A stretch of DNA of 64,000 nucleotides from Escherichia coli (GCF_016903815.1 NZ_CP069973.1), one strand, 5' to 3'; positions 35,659-46,285 are shown, counted from the first letter of the stretch. Notes: generated from the sequence alone by a model not told the origin. Translations and numbers: made by a program.

Positions 35659-36591
35659 TTAATTCTCCCGATGCAGTAAATCCTGATAGATCCCCGTTAA
35701 TATGCCATTTGGCGAAAATTGTTTTTTAATCCACTGCGTCACCTGACCCGTAGCAGAATGCTGAGTTGCGAGTAACATGCGTGAATCCTGGCGCGGATTA
35801 TGGATTTGTCGGGTAACCAGCAGGGATTGCGCCATCGCCTCACGGACCATGTAATCCGGCAAAAAACCAATCCCTTCACCTAAAATCTGGCACTGACATT
35901 TGGTGTTGAAATCTGGCACCAGAATCGACTCCTGCCCATGCAGCAACCAGCCCACTTTTTTATTAATCGTATGCGCGGTGTCCTCCACCATGATATTAGG
36001 ATAGAGACGCAGTTGGCTTTCGGCGATCGGCTCCGGCACAAAGGCTAATGGGTGATCCGGGGCGATAGCAAAAGCCCAGCGAATTGCGCCAATCTCCGTG
36101 TAATCAATGCCGCCGCCGTCCAGCAGTGTGTCGGGCGCGCCGATAGCAATATTCGCCTGATTATTAATAATCGCATCCCAGACGCCGTTATACACTTCGG
36201 TCGTCACGGTAATCTGGCAGGTTGGAAACTGCTTTTTCAGTACCTGTAATAAGCGTGCGGTGTGTTTGGGCGTATAAAGCAGTTGGTTAATACAAATGCG
36301 CACCCGTGCTTCTATACCCTGCGAAATAGTATCGATGCTGCGTTTGATGGCGTGAAAATCATTCAGCAGGTCGGTAGCTTTGCGGAAAAAATAACGCCCG
36401 GACTCCGTTAACTCAATGCTTCGGGTACTGCGAGTGAACAGCACCACATCCAGCCCTGTTTCCATTCGCTTGATGGTGTAGCTAATGGCGGAAGTGGTTA
36501 AACCCAACTCTTCTGCGGCTTTACTGAAGCTGCCAAAACGCGCAGCGGTAGTAAATGCCAACAGATTCTCTTCGGTAAAAATTGAGTTCAT
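35659..36591 (-). CDS. yahB: LysR-family transcriptional regulator
   Basis: 310-aa ORF with N-terminal LysR HTH (FTTAARFGSFSKAAEELGLTTSAISYTIKRMETGL). Confidence 0.85.
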   Translation of the reverse strand: MNSIFTEENLLAFTTAARFGSFSKAAEELGLTTSAISYTIKRMETGLDVVLFTRSTRSIELTESGRYFFRKATDLLNDFHAIKRSIDTISQGIEARVRICINQLLYTPKHTARLLQVLKKQFPTCQITVTTEVYNGVWDAIINNQANIAIGAPDTLLDGGGIDYTEIGAIRWAFAIAPDHPLAFVPEPIAESQLRLYPNIMVEDTAHTINKKVGWLLHGQESILVPDFNTKCQCQILGEGIGFLPDYMVREAMAQSLLVTRQIHNPRQDSRMLLATQHSATGQVTQWIKKQFSPNGILTGIYQDLLHREN

Positions 36592-36682
36592 TAAACCATT
36601 CCCGCCATTATCTACTATGAATTTCTCCAGCCATGACTGTAGAGGTATCGGTTAAAGATAGATAATCATTTTTGAATAACTT

Positions 36683-37180
36683 TTAATACCCGTCGCGTTT
36701 AGTCGTCGCTTCGCTTAATTTTTGTCCGCCATATTCTGAAATTATCCCCACGCAGTTACCCGCCAGAAAACCCAGTAATGTCACCGTCCAGTTCATCCCG
36801 CTGGCAAAAAATAGCGTCATGCCGAGAAAGCCTCCGGGAATAAAAGACAATAAACCGAAACGTCCTTGCCAGACCACTACCGCCGAGAAGGGTACAGTCA
36901 TAATCACGCTCGCCCAGAACGTGGACAATCCACTCACCGAGGCCAGCCAACCGGCAGCCAGCGCGGCGAAAAACGCCCACACCATCCCGGAATAATTAAC
37001 CGCCAGGCTTCTGATAAACCCCGTTTTACCGCCGCCTGCGGCATAAAAACTGCAAAAGGCGACGAAGCCAATGGTTCCTAATAATTCCCATCCCTGAGAG
37101 AGCCCGACATGTGAAGACACTAACTGCCAAAGCCCTGCACAAATACCGACGGTGACACCCGTTGCCGTGAGTCCGTTCAT
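36683..37180 (-). CDS. yahC: Small polytopic inner-membrane protein
   Basis: 165-aa strongly hydrophobic ORF; symbol by synteny. Confidence 0.7.
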   Translation of the reverse strand: MNGLTATGVTVGICAGLWQLVSSHVGLSQGWELLGTIGFVAFCSFYAAGGGKTGFIRSLAVNYSGMVWAFFAALAAGWLASVSGLSTFWASVIMTVPFSAVVVWQGRFGLLSFIPGGFLGMTLFFASGMNWTVTLLGFLAGNCVGIISEYGGQKLSEATTKRDGY

Positions 37181-37437
37181 CTTGTTCCCCTCTGGTTAGA
37201 CATGGACGAAAGCTACTCTTACATGTGCAGACTATAGAGAAATAAAACCTGATTGAGTGAAAGGGTATCGGGTCAAAGAAACAAATATTGCACTACCGCA
37301 CACTGCGAAAAGATTGTTGAACATCATTCAACAAAAAGGCGAAATACGGCGAATTAAATTTAAGCGGGTTCTTTTATCAGATTATCGTTGCTATTCTCAA
37401 TTCATCGAAAACAGCCACAAAAAACAGGGGAATGTGA

Positions 37438-38043
37438 ATGACTATAAAAAATCTACCTGCCGACTATTTATTGGCTGCGCAACAGGGTGATATCGATAAA
37501 GTAAAAACCTGCCTTGCGCTGGGTGTCGATATTAATACCTGCGATCGTCAGGGGAAAACGGCAATTACGCTGGCAAGTTTATATCAGCAATATGCTTGCG
37601 TTCAGGCATTAATTGATGCCGGAGCGGATATTAATAAGCAAGATCAGATATGTTCAAATCCTTTTTTAATTAGCTGCCTGACCGGCGATTTAACCCTGTT
37701 ACGGATTATTTTACCGGCTAAACCCGATCTTAATTGCGTAACCCGTTTTGGCGGTGTCGGCCTGACGCCTGCCTGTGAAAAAGGCCATTTAAATATTGTA
37801 AAAGAGCTTTTGGCGCATACGGAGATTAACGTTAACCAGACCAACCATGTTGGCTGGACGCCGCTACTGGAAGCAATTGTGCTTAATGATGGCGGGATTA
37901 AACAGCAGGCGATTGTCCAGTTATTGCTGGAACACGGTGCCAGCCCGCACATGACGGATAAATATGGCAAAACGCCGCTGGAACTGGCGCGAGAACGGGG
38001 CTTTGAAGAGATTGCGCAGTTACTGATTGCCGCAGGTGCATAA
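37438..38043 (+). CDS. yahD: Ankyrin-repeat protein
   Basis: 201-aa ORF with several ankyrin-type repeats (DRQGKTAITLASLYQQYACVQALIDAGADIN; GWTPLLEAIV...). Confidence 0.85.
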   Translation: MTIKNLPADYLLAAQQGDIDKVKTCLALGVDINTCDRQGKTAITLASLYQQYACVQALIDAGADINKQDQICSNPFLISCLTGDLTLLRIILPAKPDLNCVTRFGGVGLTPACEKGHLNIVKELLAHTEINVNQTNHVGWTPLLEAIVLNDGGIKQQAIVQLLLEHGASPHMTDKYGKTPLELARERGFEEIAQLLIAAGA

Positions 38044-38082
38044 ACCGGGAGGCTTGCTATCAACACACCAGAAAGACGGTGT

Positions 38083-38946
38083 GTGTGGGCGCTAACTGCG
38101 GATGCTGATTTTCTGGCGCAGCGGGGGCAAGGACAGGTTGAACAGGTCTTTGCCAGAGCGGTAAATATCGCACTTCCGGCCCGCCAGCAGTTGCTGACGC
38201 TGCTTTGTGAAGAGTACGACAATGCGCCAAACAGTTGTCGGTTGGCACTCACTCACTTTGATGGTCTGTTCCGGCATGGTGATAAGGTTCAGTTTGACGA
38301 TCAAGGCATTACGATTGGTCAACATCTTCATATAGAGATGAGTAGTTGTCGGCGTTGGCTGTCCCCAACCTTGCAAATGGCCGCTGTGAATTTTCACCTT
38401 ATCGCCTGGCAACAGTGGCATGACATTATTCATCAGCACCTGGGGGAAAATGAAACCCTGTTTAATTATCGCGGCGATAATCCGTTTTATCAGGCGTTAA
38501 ATAAAGCACTACATATTAAACGTCGGGCAGTTATTCAGGCAGTAAACGATAAACAAAATATCGCCTCAGCAGTCGCCAGTATGATGGGCTTAGGGATTGG
38601 CCTTACGCCATCAGCCGATGATTATTTAACAGGTCTGGCGCTTATTTTATTTATTTCCGGGCATCCGGCAGAAAAATACAAAGAGGAATTTTATCGCGGT
38701 CTGCAACGCGGCAGAAATAATACCACGTTATTAAGTGCCATAACGCTGGAAGCCGCATTACAACAACGCTGCCGGGAAAATATTCATCGTTTTATTCATA
38801 ACATTATTTATGACATCCCTGGGAACGCAACTCAGGCAATAGAAAAAATTAAACATATTGGCTCCAGTTCCGGCTGCGACATGCTGTATGGCATGGCCGA
38901 TGGTTGTGCGCTGAGCCAAACCTACGGAGGGAATTATGTCAGTTAA
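38083..38946 (+). CDS. yahE: DUF2877-type protein (YlbF paralog)
   Basis: 287-aa ORF with GTG start; symbol by size and synteny. Confidence 0.7.
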   Translation: MWALTADADFLAQRGQGQVEQVFARAVNIALPARQQLLTLLCEEYDNAPNSCRLALTHFDGLFRHGDKVQFDDQGITIGQHLHIEMSSCRRWLSPTLQMAAVNFHLIAWQQWHDIIHQHLGENETLFNYRGDNPFYQALNKALHIKRRAVIQAVNDKQNIASAVASMMGLGIGLTPSADDYLTGLALILFISGHPAEKYKEEFYRGLQRGRNNTTLLSAITLEAALQQRCRENIHRFIHNIIYDIPGNATQAIEKIKHIGSSSGCDMLYGMADGCALSQTYGGNYVS

Positions 38947-40483
38947 AATAGTCATTAAACCGAATACCTATTTTGATTCTGTCTCGCTGATGTCTATCTC
39001 CACGCGTGCAAATAAACTCGACGGCGTCGAGCAGGCATTTGTGGCGATGGCGACCGAAATGAACAAAGGCGTGCTGAAGAATTTAGGACTGCTGACGCCG
39101 GAGCTGGAGCAGGCGAAAAACGGCGACCTGATGATTGTCATCAATGGTAAATCGGGTGTGGACAACGAGCAGTTGCTGGTGGAGATTGAAGAACTGTTCA
39201 ACACCAAAGCGCAAAGTGGCTCGCACGAGGCGCGTTACGCCACTATTGCCAGCGCCAAAAAGCATATCCCGGAAAGTAACCTGGCGGTGATTTCGGTCAA
39301 CGGTCTGTTTGCCGCTCGCGAAGCGCGTCAGGCGCTGCAAAACGATCTTAACGTGATGCTGTTTTCCGATAACGTCTCAGTTGAAGATGAACTGGCGCTC
39401 AAACAGTTGGCCCACGAAAAAGGGCTGCTGATGATGGGGCCAGACTGCGGTACGGCGATTATCAACGGCGCGGCGCTCTGCTTTGGTAACGCCGTGCGTC
39501 GCGGCAACATCGGTATTGTTGGCGCATCCGGCACCGGTAGCCAGGAACTGAGCGTCCGTATCCATGAATTTGGCGGCGGCGTTTCGCAACTGATCGGCAC
39601 CGGCGGGCGCGACCTGAGCGAGAAAATCGGCGGCCTGATGATGCTCGACGCCATCGGGATGCTGGAAAACGATCCGCAAACTGAAATCATTGTGCTTATC
39701 TCCAAACCGCCTGCGCCTGCGGTGGCCCGCAAAGTGCTGGAACGCGCGCGTGCCTGCCGCAAGCCAGTGGTGGTTTGCTTCCTCGGTCGTGGCGAAACGC
39801 CGGTGGATGAGCAGGGGCTACAGTTTGCCCGCGGCAGTAAAGAGGCGGCGCTGAAAGCGGTAATGCTCTCCGGCGTGAAACAGGAACATCTCGACCTGCA
39901 TACCCTGAACCAGCCATTGATTGCTGACGTGCGCGCTCGCCTGCAACCGCAACAGAAATACATTCGTGGCCTGTTCTGCGGCGGCACGCTGTGCGACGAA
40001 ACGATGTTCGCGGTGATGGAAAAACACGGCGATGTCTACAGCAACATTCAGCCCGATCCGGAATTCCGCCTGCAAGATATCAGCCGCAGCATCAAACACA
40101 CCTTCCTCGACTTTGGTGATGACGACTTCACCAACGGCAAGCCGCATCCAATGATTGACCCGACCAACCGCATCAGTCGCTTGATCGAAGAAGCGCGCGA
40201 TCCAGAAGTGGCGGTGATCGTGATGGATTTTGTGCTCGGATTTGGATCGCATGAAGATCCGGTCGGCTCCACCATCGATGCGATCAAAGAAGCGAAAGCG
40301 ATCGCCGCTGCCGAAGGACGTGAGTTGATCATTCTCGCCTATGTGCTGGGTACCGATCTTGATACGCCATCATTAGAACAACAAAGCCAGATGCTGCTTG
40401 ATGCTGGGGTAATTCTGGCAAGCAGCAGCACCAATACCGGATTGCTGGCGCGTGAATTTATCTGCAAAGGGGAGGAAGCCTGA
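38936..40483 (+). CDS. yahF: FdrA-like protein with CoA-binding / succinyl-CoA-synthetase-alpha-like fold
   Basis: 515-aa ORF; Gly-rich nucleotide/CoA-binding motifs (GIVGASGTGSQE, LGTGGRD); start overlaps yahE by 11 bp. Confidence 0.8.
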   Translation: MSVKIVIKPNTYFDSVSLMSISTRANKLDGVEQAFVAMATEMNKGVLKNLGLLTPELEQAKNGDLMIVINGKSGVDNEQLLVEIEELFNTKAQSGSHEARYATIASAKKHIPESNLAVISVNGLFAAREARQALQNDLNVMLFSDNVSVEDELALKQLAHEKGLLMMGPDCGTAIINGAALCFGNAVRRGNIGIVGASGTGSQELSVRIHEFGGGVSQLIGTGGRDLSEKIGGLMMLDAIGMLENDPQTEIIVLISKPPAPAVARKVLERARACRKPVVVCFLGRGETPVDEQGLQFARGSKEAALKAVMLSGVKQEHLDLHTLNQPLIADVRARLQPQQKYIRGLFCGGTLCDETMFAVMEKHGDVYSNIQPDPEFRLQDISRSIKHTFLDFGDDDFTNGKPHPMIDPTNRISRLIEEARDPEVAVIVMDFVLGFGSHEDPVGSTIDAIKEAKAIAAAEGRELIILAYVLGTDLDTPSLEQQSQMLLDAGVILASSSTNTGLLAREFICKGEEA

Positions 40484-41901
40484 TGAGCCAGTCACTGTTT
40501 AGCCAACCGTTGAACGTTATTAACGTCGGCATCGCCATGTTTAGCGATGACCTGAAAAAGCAGCATGTAGAAGTGACTCAACTCGACTGGACGCCGCCGG
40601 GGCAGGGCAATATGCAGGTGGTGCAGGCGCTGGATAACATTGCCGATTCGCCGCTGGCAGACAAAATCGCCGCCGCTAACCAGCAGGCTTTGGAGCGCAT
40701 TATCCAGTCGCATCCGGTGCTGATTGGTTTTGATCAGGCGATTAACGTGGTGCCGGGTATGACGCCGAAAACCATTCTTCACGCCGGACCGCCGATCACC
40801 TGGGAAAAAATGTGTGGCGCGATGAAAGGCGCGGTCACCGGAGCGCTGGTGTTCGAAGGGCTGGCGAAAGATCTCGATGAGGCGGCTGAACTGGCGGCCT
40901 CCGGGGAGATCACCTTCTCGCCGTGCCACGAACATGACTGCGTGGGATCGATGGCGGGTGTTACCTCGGCCTCGATGTTTATGCACATCGTGAAAAACAA
41001 AACCTACGGCAACATCGCTTACACCAATATGAGCGAGCAGATGGCAAAGATTTTGCGTATGGGCGCTAACGACCAGAGCGTGATCGACCGACTCAACTGG
41101 ATGCGTGATGTGCAGGGGCCAATGCTGCGCGATGCGATGAAAATTATCGGCGAGATCGATCTGCGCTTAATGCTGGCGCAGGCGCTGCATATGGGCGATG
41201 AGTGCCATAACCGCAATAACGCCGGGACGACGCTGCTGATTCAGGCGCTGACGCCGGGGATTATTCAGGCGGGCTACTCCGTCGAGCAACAGCGCGAAGT
41301 GTTTGAGTTTGTCGCCAGCAGTGACTACTTCTCCGGCCCGACGTGGATGGCGATGTGTAAAGCGGCGATGGATGCGGCGCACGGCATCGAATACAGCACT
41401 GTGGTGACCACCATGGCGCGTAACGGCGTCGAGTTCGGCCTGCGGGTCAGCGGATTACCGGGGCAATGGTTTACCGGTCCGGCGCAGCAGGTCATCGGCC
41501 CGATGTTTGCCGGTTATAAGCCGGAAGATTCTGGGTTGGATATTGGCGACAGCGCCATCACCGAAACCTACGGCATTGGTGGATTTGCTATGGCGACCGC
41601 GCCTGCAATCGTCGCGCTGGTGGGCGGTACGGTGGAAGAGGCCATCGATTTCTCCCGCCAGATGCGCGAAATCACTCTCGGCGAAAATCCCAACGTCACC
41701 ATTCCGCTGCTCGGTTTTATGGGCGTGCCGTCGGCAATCGACATAACCCGCGTGGGCAGTAGCGGCATTCTGCCGGTGATCAACACCGCCATCGCCCATA
41801 AAGATGCGGGCGTCGGCATGATTGGCGCGGGCATTGTGCATCCACCATTCGCCTGCTTCGAGAAAGCCATTCTTGGCTGGTGCGAACGTTACGGCGTCTG
41901 A
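40483..41901 (+). CDS. yahG: DUF1116-type protein (YlbE paralog)
   Basis: 472-aa ORF whose ATG overlaps the yahF stop (TGATG). Confidence 0.75.
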   Translation: MSQSLFSQPLNVINVGIAMFSDDLKKQHVEVTQLDWTPPGQGNMQVVQALDNIADSPLADKIAAANQQALERIIQSHPVLIGFDQAINVVPGMTPKTILHAGPPITWEKMCGAMKGAVTGALVFEGLAKDLDEAAELAASGEITFSPCHEHDCVGSMAGVTSASMFMHIVKNKTYGNIAYTNMSEQMAKILRMGANDQSVIDRLNWMRDVQGPMLRDAMKIIGEIDLRLMLAQALHMGDECHNRNNAGTTLLIQALTPGIIQAGYSVEQQREVFEFVASSDYFSGPTWMAMCKAAMDAAHGIEYSTVVTTMARNGVEFGLRVSGLPGQWFTGPAQQVIGPMFAGYKPEDSGLDIGDSAITETYGIGGFAMATAPAIVALVGGTVEEAIDFSRQMREITLGENPNVTIPLLGFMGVPSAIDITRVGSSGILPVINTAIAHKDAGVGMIGAGIVHPPFACFEKAILGWCERYGV

Positions 41902-41996
41902 CCCTCCAACTGCACCTTACGATCCCTTCTCCCTTCTGGGGAGAGGGGCAACCTCACTCTCATAACACCATCACCCTCTGTAGCGGACATAACAAC

Positions 41997-42947
41997 ATGA
42001 AAGAGCTTGTGGTCGTTGCCATTGGTGGCAACAGCATTATCAAAGATAACGCCAGCCAGTCGATTGAGCATCAGGCGGAGGCGGTGAAAGCCGTCGCCGA
42101 TACGGTGCTGGAAATGCTGGCTTCCGATTACGACATTGTGCTGACCCACGGCAACGGGCCGCAGGTCGGTCTGGATTTACGCCGCGCGGAGATAGCCCAC
42201 GAGCGCGAAGGGCTGCCCTTAACGCCGCTGGCGAACTGTGTGGCGGATACGCAAGGCGGCATTGGCTATCTGATCCAACAGGCGCTGAACAACCGGCTGG
42301 CCCGCCACGGCGAGAAAAAAGCCGTCACCGTGGTGACTCAGGTGGAAGTGGATAAAAACGATCCGGGGTTTGCCCATCCCACCAAGCCCATCGGCGCATT
42401 CTTTAGTGAAAGCCAGCGTGACGAATTACAAAAGGCAAACCCTGACTGGCGTTTTGTTGAAGATGCCGGACGGGGCTATCGCCGCGTGGTCGCCTCGCCG
42501 GAACCGCAACGTATTGTAGAAGCACCTGCCATTAAGGCGCTGATCCAACAAGGCTTTGTGGTGATTGGCGCGGGCGGTGGCGGAATTCCGGTGGTGTGCA
42601 GTGAAGCGGGGAATTACCAAAGCGTGGACGCGGTTATCGACAAAGATCTCTCTACCGCGCTATTGGCCCGTGAAATTCACGCCGACATTCTGGTGATTAC
42701 CACTGGCGTCGAAAAAGTGTGTATTCACTTTGGCAAACCGCAGCAACAGGCGCTGGATCGGGTGGATATTGCCACCATGACCCGCTATATGCAGGAAGGG
42801 CATTTCCCACCCGGCAGCATGTTGCCAAAAATCATCGCCAGCCTGACGTTCCTGGAACAGGGCGGCAAAGAAGTGATTATCACCACGCCGGAATGCCTGC
42901 CTGCGGCGCTGCGCGGTGAAACGGGCACCCATATTATTAAAACGTAA
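41997..42947 (+). CDS. yahI: Carbamate kinase-like protein
   Basis: 316-aa product from MKELVVVAIGGNSI (amino-acid kinase family N-terminus), THGNGPQVG motif; track ORF begins upstream at a non-native start. Confidence 0.85.
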   Translation: MKELVVVAIGGNSIIKDNASQSIEHQAEAVKAVADTVLEMLASDYDIVLTHGNGPQVGLDLRRAEIAHEREGLPLTPLANCVADTQGGIGYLIQQALNNRLARHGEKKAVTVVTQVEVDKNDPGFAHPTKPIGAFFSESQRDELQKANPDWRFVEDAGRGYRRVVASPEPQRIVEAPAIKALIQQGFVVIGAGGGGIPVVCSEAGNYQSVDAVIDKDLSTALLAREIHADILVITTGVEKVCIHFGKPQQQALDRVDIATMTRYMQEGHFPPGSMLPKIIASLTFLEQGGKEVIITTPECLPAALRGETGTHIIKT

Positions 42948-42956
42948 GGACGTAAG

Positions 42957-44339
42957 ATGAAAGAAAGCAATAGCCGCCGTGAGTTTCTGAGCCAGAGCGG
43001 TAAGATGGTCACCGCCGCCGCGCTGTTTGGTACCTCTGTGCCGCTCGCCCATGCGGCAGTCTCTGGCACAACCCACTGCGACGCGAATAACACCATGAAA
43101 ATCACTGACCCGCACTACTATCTCGACAACGTGTTGCTGGAAACCGGTTTTGACTACGAAAATGGCGTGGCGGTGCAGACCCGCACGGCGCGCCAGACTG
43201 TGGAAATTCAGAACGGCAAAATTGTTGCACTGCGCGAGAACAATCAGCATCCGGACGCCACGCTGCCGCACTATGACGCTGGCGGTAAGCTGATGCTGCC
43301 CACTACCCGCGACATGCATATTCATCTCGACAAAACCTTTTACGGCGGGCCGTGGCGCTCGCTCAATCGTCCGGCAGGCACCACCATCCAGGACATGATC
43401 AAACTTGAGCAGAAAATGCTGCCGGAGTTGCAACCGTACACTCAGGAACGGGCGGAAAAACTGATCGATTTATTGCAATCGAAAGGCACCACCATTGCCC
43501 GCAGTCACTGCAATATCGAACCGGTTTCCGGCCTAAAAAATCTGCAAAATTTGCAGGCGGTACTGGCGCGACGTCAGGCGGGCTTCGAGTGTGAAATCGT
43601 CGCCTTCCCGCAGCACGGTTTGCTGCTGTCGAAATCGGAACCCTTAATGCGCGAAGCGATGCAGGCGGGGGCGCATTACGTCGGCGGGCTGGACCCGACC
43701 AGTGTCGATGGCGCGATGGAAAAATCCCTCGACACCATGTTCCAGATTGCGCTGGACTACGACAAAGGCGTCGATATTCACCTGCACGAAACCACTCCGG
43801 CAGGCGTGGCAGCCATCAATTATATGGTTGAAACGGTAGAGAAAACGCCGCAACTGAAAGGCAAGCTAACCATCAGCCACGCCTTTGCGTTGGCAACGCT
43901 CAACGAACAACAGGTAGATGAACTGGCGAACCGGATGGCGGCGCAGCAAATTTCTATCGCCTCGACGGTGCCGATTGGCACGTTGCATATGCCGCTCAAA
44001 CAGTTGCACGACAAAGGCGTAAAAGTGATGACCGGCACCGACAGCGTTATCGACCACTGGTCGCCTTACGGCCTGGGCGACATGCTGGAAAAAGCCAATC
44101 TGTACGCGCAGCTCTATATTCGTCCTAACGAACAGAACCTCTCCCGCTCGCTGTTTTTAGCCACTGGCGATGTATTGCCGCTCAACGAAAAAGGCGAGCG
44201 CGTGTGGCCCAAAGCGCAGGATGATGCCAGCTTTGTGCTGGTGGACGCCTCCTGTTCCGCCGAGGCGGTGGCGCGTATCTCGCCGAGAACGGCGACGTTC
44301 CATAAAGGGCAACTGGTGTGGGGGAGTGTGGCAGGTTGA
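42957..44339 (+). CDS. yahJ: Metal-dependent amidohydrolase/deaminase with twin-arginine signal
   Basis: 460-aa ORF; Tat-like N-terminus (SRREFLSQSGKMVTAAALFG...AHA); HIHLD metal-binding motif. Confidence 0.8.
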   Translation: MKESNSRREFLSQSGKMVTAAALFGTSVPLAHAAVSGTTHCDANNTMKITDPHYYLDNVLLETGFDYENGVAVQTRTARQTVEIQNGKIVALRENNQHPDATLPHYDAGGKLMLPTTRDMHIHLDKTFYGGPWRSLNRPAGTTIQDMIKLEQKMLPELQPYTQERAEKLIDLLQSKGTTIARSHCNIEPVSGLKNLQNLQAVLARRQAGFECEIVAFPQHGLLLSKSEPLMREAMQAGAHYVGGLDPTSVDGAMEKSLDTMFQIALDYDKGVDIHLHETTPAGVAAINYMVETVEKTPQLKGKLTISHAFALATLNEQQVDELANRMAAQQISIASTVPIGTLHMPLKQLHDKGVKVMTGTDSVIDHWSPYGLGDMLEKANLYAQLYIRPNEQNLSRSLFLATGDVLPLNEKGERVWPKAQDDASFVLVDASCSAEAVARISPRTATFHKGQLVWGSVAG

Positions 44340-44607
44340 TACGCATTTGAAACGCCTGCAACGGTGAATAGTAAGAGATTTAAGCCCCAGGGAGTGGGGC
44401 AGCAATGGTTTGCTAATGAATGATCCTGAACTTTATAATCTCCCGGCATAATTTCCAGGGGATTATTTGAGAGAAATACACAAAAGTGAGTTTTAACAAA
44501 GGTATTTATCAAGCCATAAATGTGACCTGCTTTGGATAAAAAAGATTAAGCATCGAAAAACCAATGATCTTCTTGCTGATGGTTATCAACAGTAATTAAG
44601 ATGTGAT

Positions 44608-45048
44608 TTGTTTTTCCGTAATCGCGAAAATATTCTCATGACCATAAAAGAAAAAATCTCACAAAAATATCCCCATGCTTCCTTTTGTACTTTTGGCGAT
44701 TCAGCAGTGTTGGCCGATCACCTCGCAACGTTGATTGCGACTGGTGTTAAAACAGCTTCCTGTGGTTCGCTGGCGGGATGTATTGAAGACAACGCATTTC
44801 CGCTGATTGGTGAGTATAAGATTGTAGAAAATAGCCGTGGTGAGCCTGTCTGTGTTATCAGAGTGATTGGCCTGCATTTACTGCGCTTTTCTGATGTCAC
44901 CGCAGAGCTTGCCCGTAAGGAAGGTGAAGGTGACCTCAGTCTTGAATATTGGCGTAATGAACACCGTCGTTTTTTCCAGGCAGAAGGATGCTATTCACCA
45001 GAAATGGACGTTATCTTTGAAGAATATGCCCTTATTGACGTTGTGTAG
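44608..45048 (+). CDS. Small ASCH-domain-like protein (start may be the MTIKEK Met at about 44638)
   Basis: 146-aa ORF; no close match to recalled K-12 genes; the domain call is tentative. Confidence 0.5.
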   Translation: MFFRNRENILMTIKEKISQKYPHASFCTFGDSAVLADHLATLIATGVKTASCGSLAGCIEDNAFPLIGEYKIVENSRGEPVCVIRVIGLHLLRFSDVTAELARKEGEGDLSLEYWRNEHRRFFQAEGCYSPEMDVIFEEYALIDVV

Positions 45049-45298
45049 ATAACTATTTTTCTACGCGAAATAAGCTCACAAACATAAAGCATCGCTAATT
45101 TTGTTTATTTTGCTGTTTTTTACGTGATGATTGTCACACTTATTGTTACTGCCCGTTTTGTCCATATTTATAACCAAATTTTTAATAGCTGCCTGAAATA
45201 GGGCTGTTTATTCTGCATAAAAATATTCGAAAATTCTTATTCTCTCCAGCGCGCTAATTTGGGCGAACACTTCCTGACTACCCTGCAATGAGGCTGAA

Positions 45299-46285
45299 AT
45301 GATGAATAAACGTTTTGTTATCAATATGGTGTCTTCGCTGTTATTAGGCGCTGCGCTAATTTCTGCGCCGCTCCAGGCAGCGGAAAAAGTCGTGGTGAAT
45401 ATCTCTAAAGTCGATGGTATGCCGTGGTTTAATCGCATGGGCGAAGGTGTGGTTGAGGCGGGTAAAGCCTTTGGTGTTAATGCGTCACAGGTGGGGCCTT
45501 CAAGTACTGATGCTCCGCAACAAGTTAAAATTATTGAGGATTTAATCGCCCGTAAGGTTAATGCAATTACAATTGTGCCAAACGATGCCAACGTGCTGGA
45601 ACCGGTATTCAAAAAAGCGCGAGATGCCGGAATTGTGGTTCTGACCAACGAATCCCCCGGTCAGCCAAGTGCTAACTGGGATATCGAAATCATTGATAAC
45701 GAAAAATTTGCCGCTGAATATGTTGAGCATATGGCGAAACGCATGGGTGGCAAGGGCGGTTATGTGATTTACGTGGGTAGTTTGACCGTGCCGCAGCATA
45801 ACTTATGGGCTGACTTGCTGGTGAAATACCAGAAAGAGCATTACCCGGATATGCATGAAGTTACCCGCCGCATGCCGGTTGCCGAGAGTGTGGATGACTC
45901 ACGTCGTACCACACTGGACCTCATGAAAACCTATCCTGACTTGAAAGCGGTTGTCTCCTTTGGTTCAAACGGTCCGATTGGCGCGGGACGTGCAGTGAAA
46001 GAGAAACGGGCGAAAAATAAAGTCGCAGTCTATGGCATGATGATCCCTTCACAGGCGGCATCACTGATTAAAAGTGGTGATATCACCGAAGGGATTACTT
46101 ACGATCCGGCCTCTGCAGGTTACGCACTCGCGGCCGTCGCCAGCACGTTGCTGAAGGGTGAAGAGATCAAACCTGGATTAGAAATGGAGAATCTCGGTAA
46201 GGCCGACGTAGATATGGATAAGCGAATTATCCGTTTCCATAAGGTATTACTGGTCAACAAAGACAATATCGACTCACTTTATTAA
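45299..46285 (+). CDS. Periplasmic sugar-binding protein (RbsB/YtfQ/LsrB superfamily) of an ABC transporter
   Basis: 328-aa ORF with signal peptide (MMNKRFVINMVSSLLLGAALISAPLQA); C-terminus VLLVNKDNIDSLY resembles the LsrB/YtfQ ending. Confidence 0.8.
   Translation: MMNKRFVINMVSSLLLGAALISAPLQAAEKVVVNISKVDGMPWFNRMGEGVVEAGKAFGVNASQVGPSSTDAPQQVKIIEDLIARKVNAITIVPNDANVLEPVFKKARDAGIVVLTNESPGQPSANWDIEIIDNEKFAAEYVEHMAKRMGGKGGYVIYVGSLTVPQHNLWADLLVKYQKEHYPDMHEVTRRMPVAESVDDSRRTTLDLMKTYPDLKAVVSFGSNGPIGAGRAVKEKRAKNKVAVYGMMIPSQAASLIKSGDITEGITYDPASAGYALAAVASTLLKGEEIKPGLEMENLGKADVDMDKRIIRFHKVLLVNKDNIDSLY

Noticed and set aside
39328-39987. 219-aa reverse-strand ORF inside yahF
   Set aside because: Antisense to a well-supported gene, Arg/Ser/Pro-rich low-complexity translation typical of GC-rich antisense frames, no RBS
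41902-41996. Short CT-rich hairpin (CTCCC-TTCTG-GGGAG) between yahG and yahI, considered as a terminator or the site of a small annotated ORF
   Set aside because: Stem only 5-6 bp with no U-tract; more likely part of the yahI translation initiation region in a polycistronic mRNA
42660-43433. 257-aa reverse-strand ORF spanning the yahI/yahJ junction
   Set aside because: Antisense to two supported genes; His/Arg/Gln-rich composition with no recognisable domain
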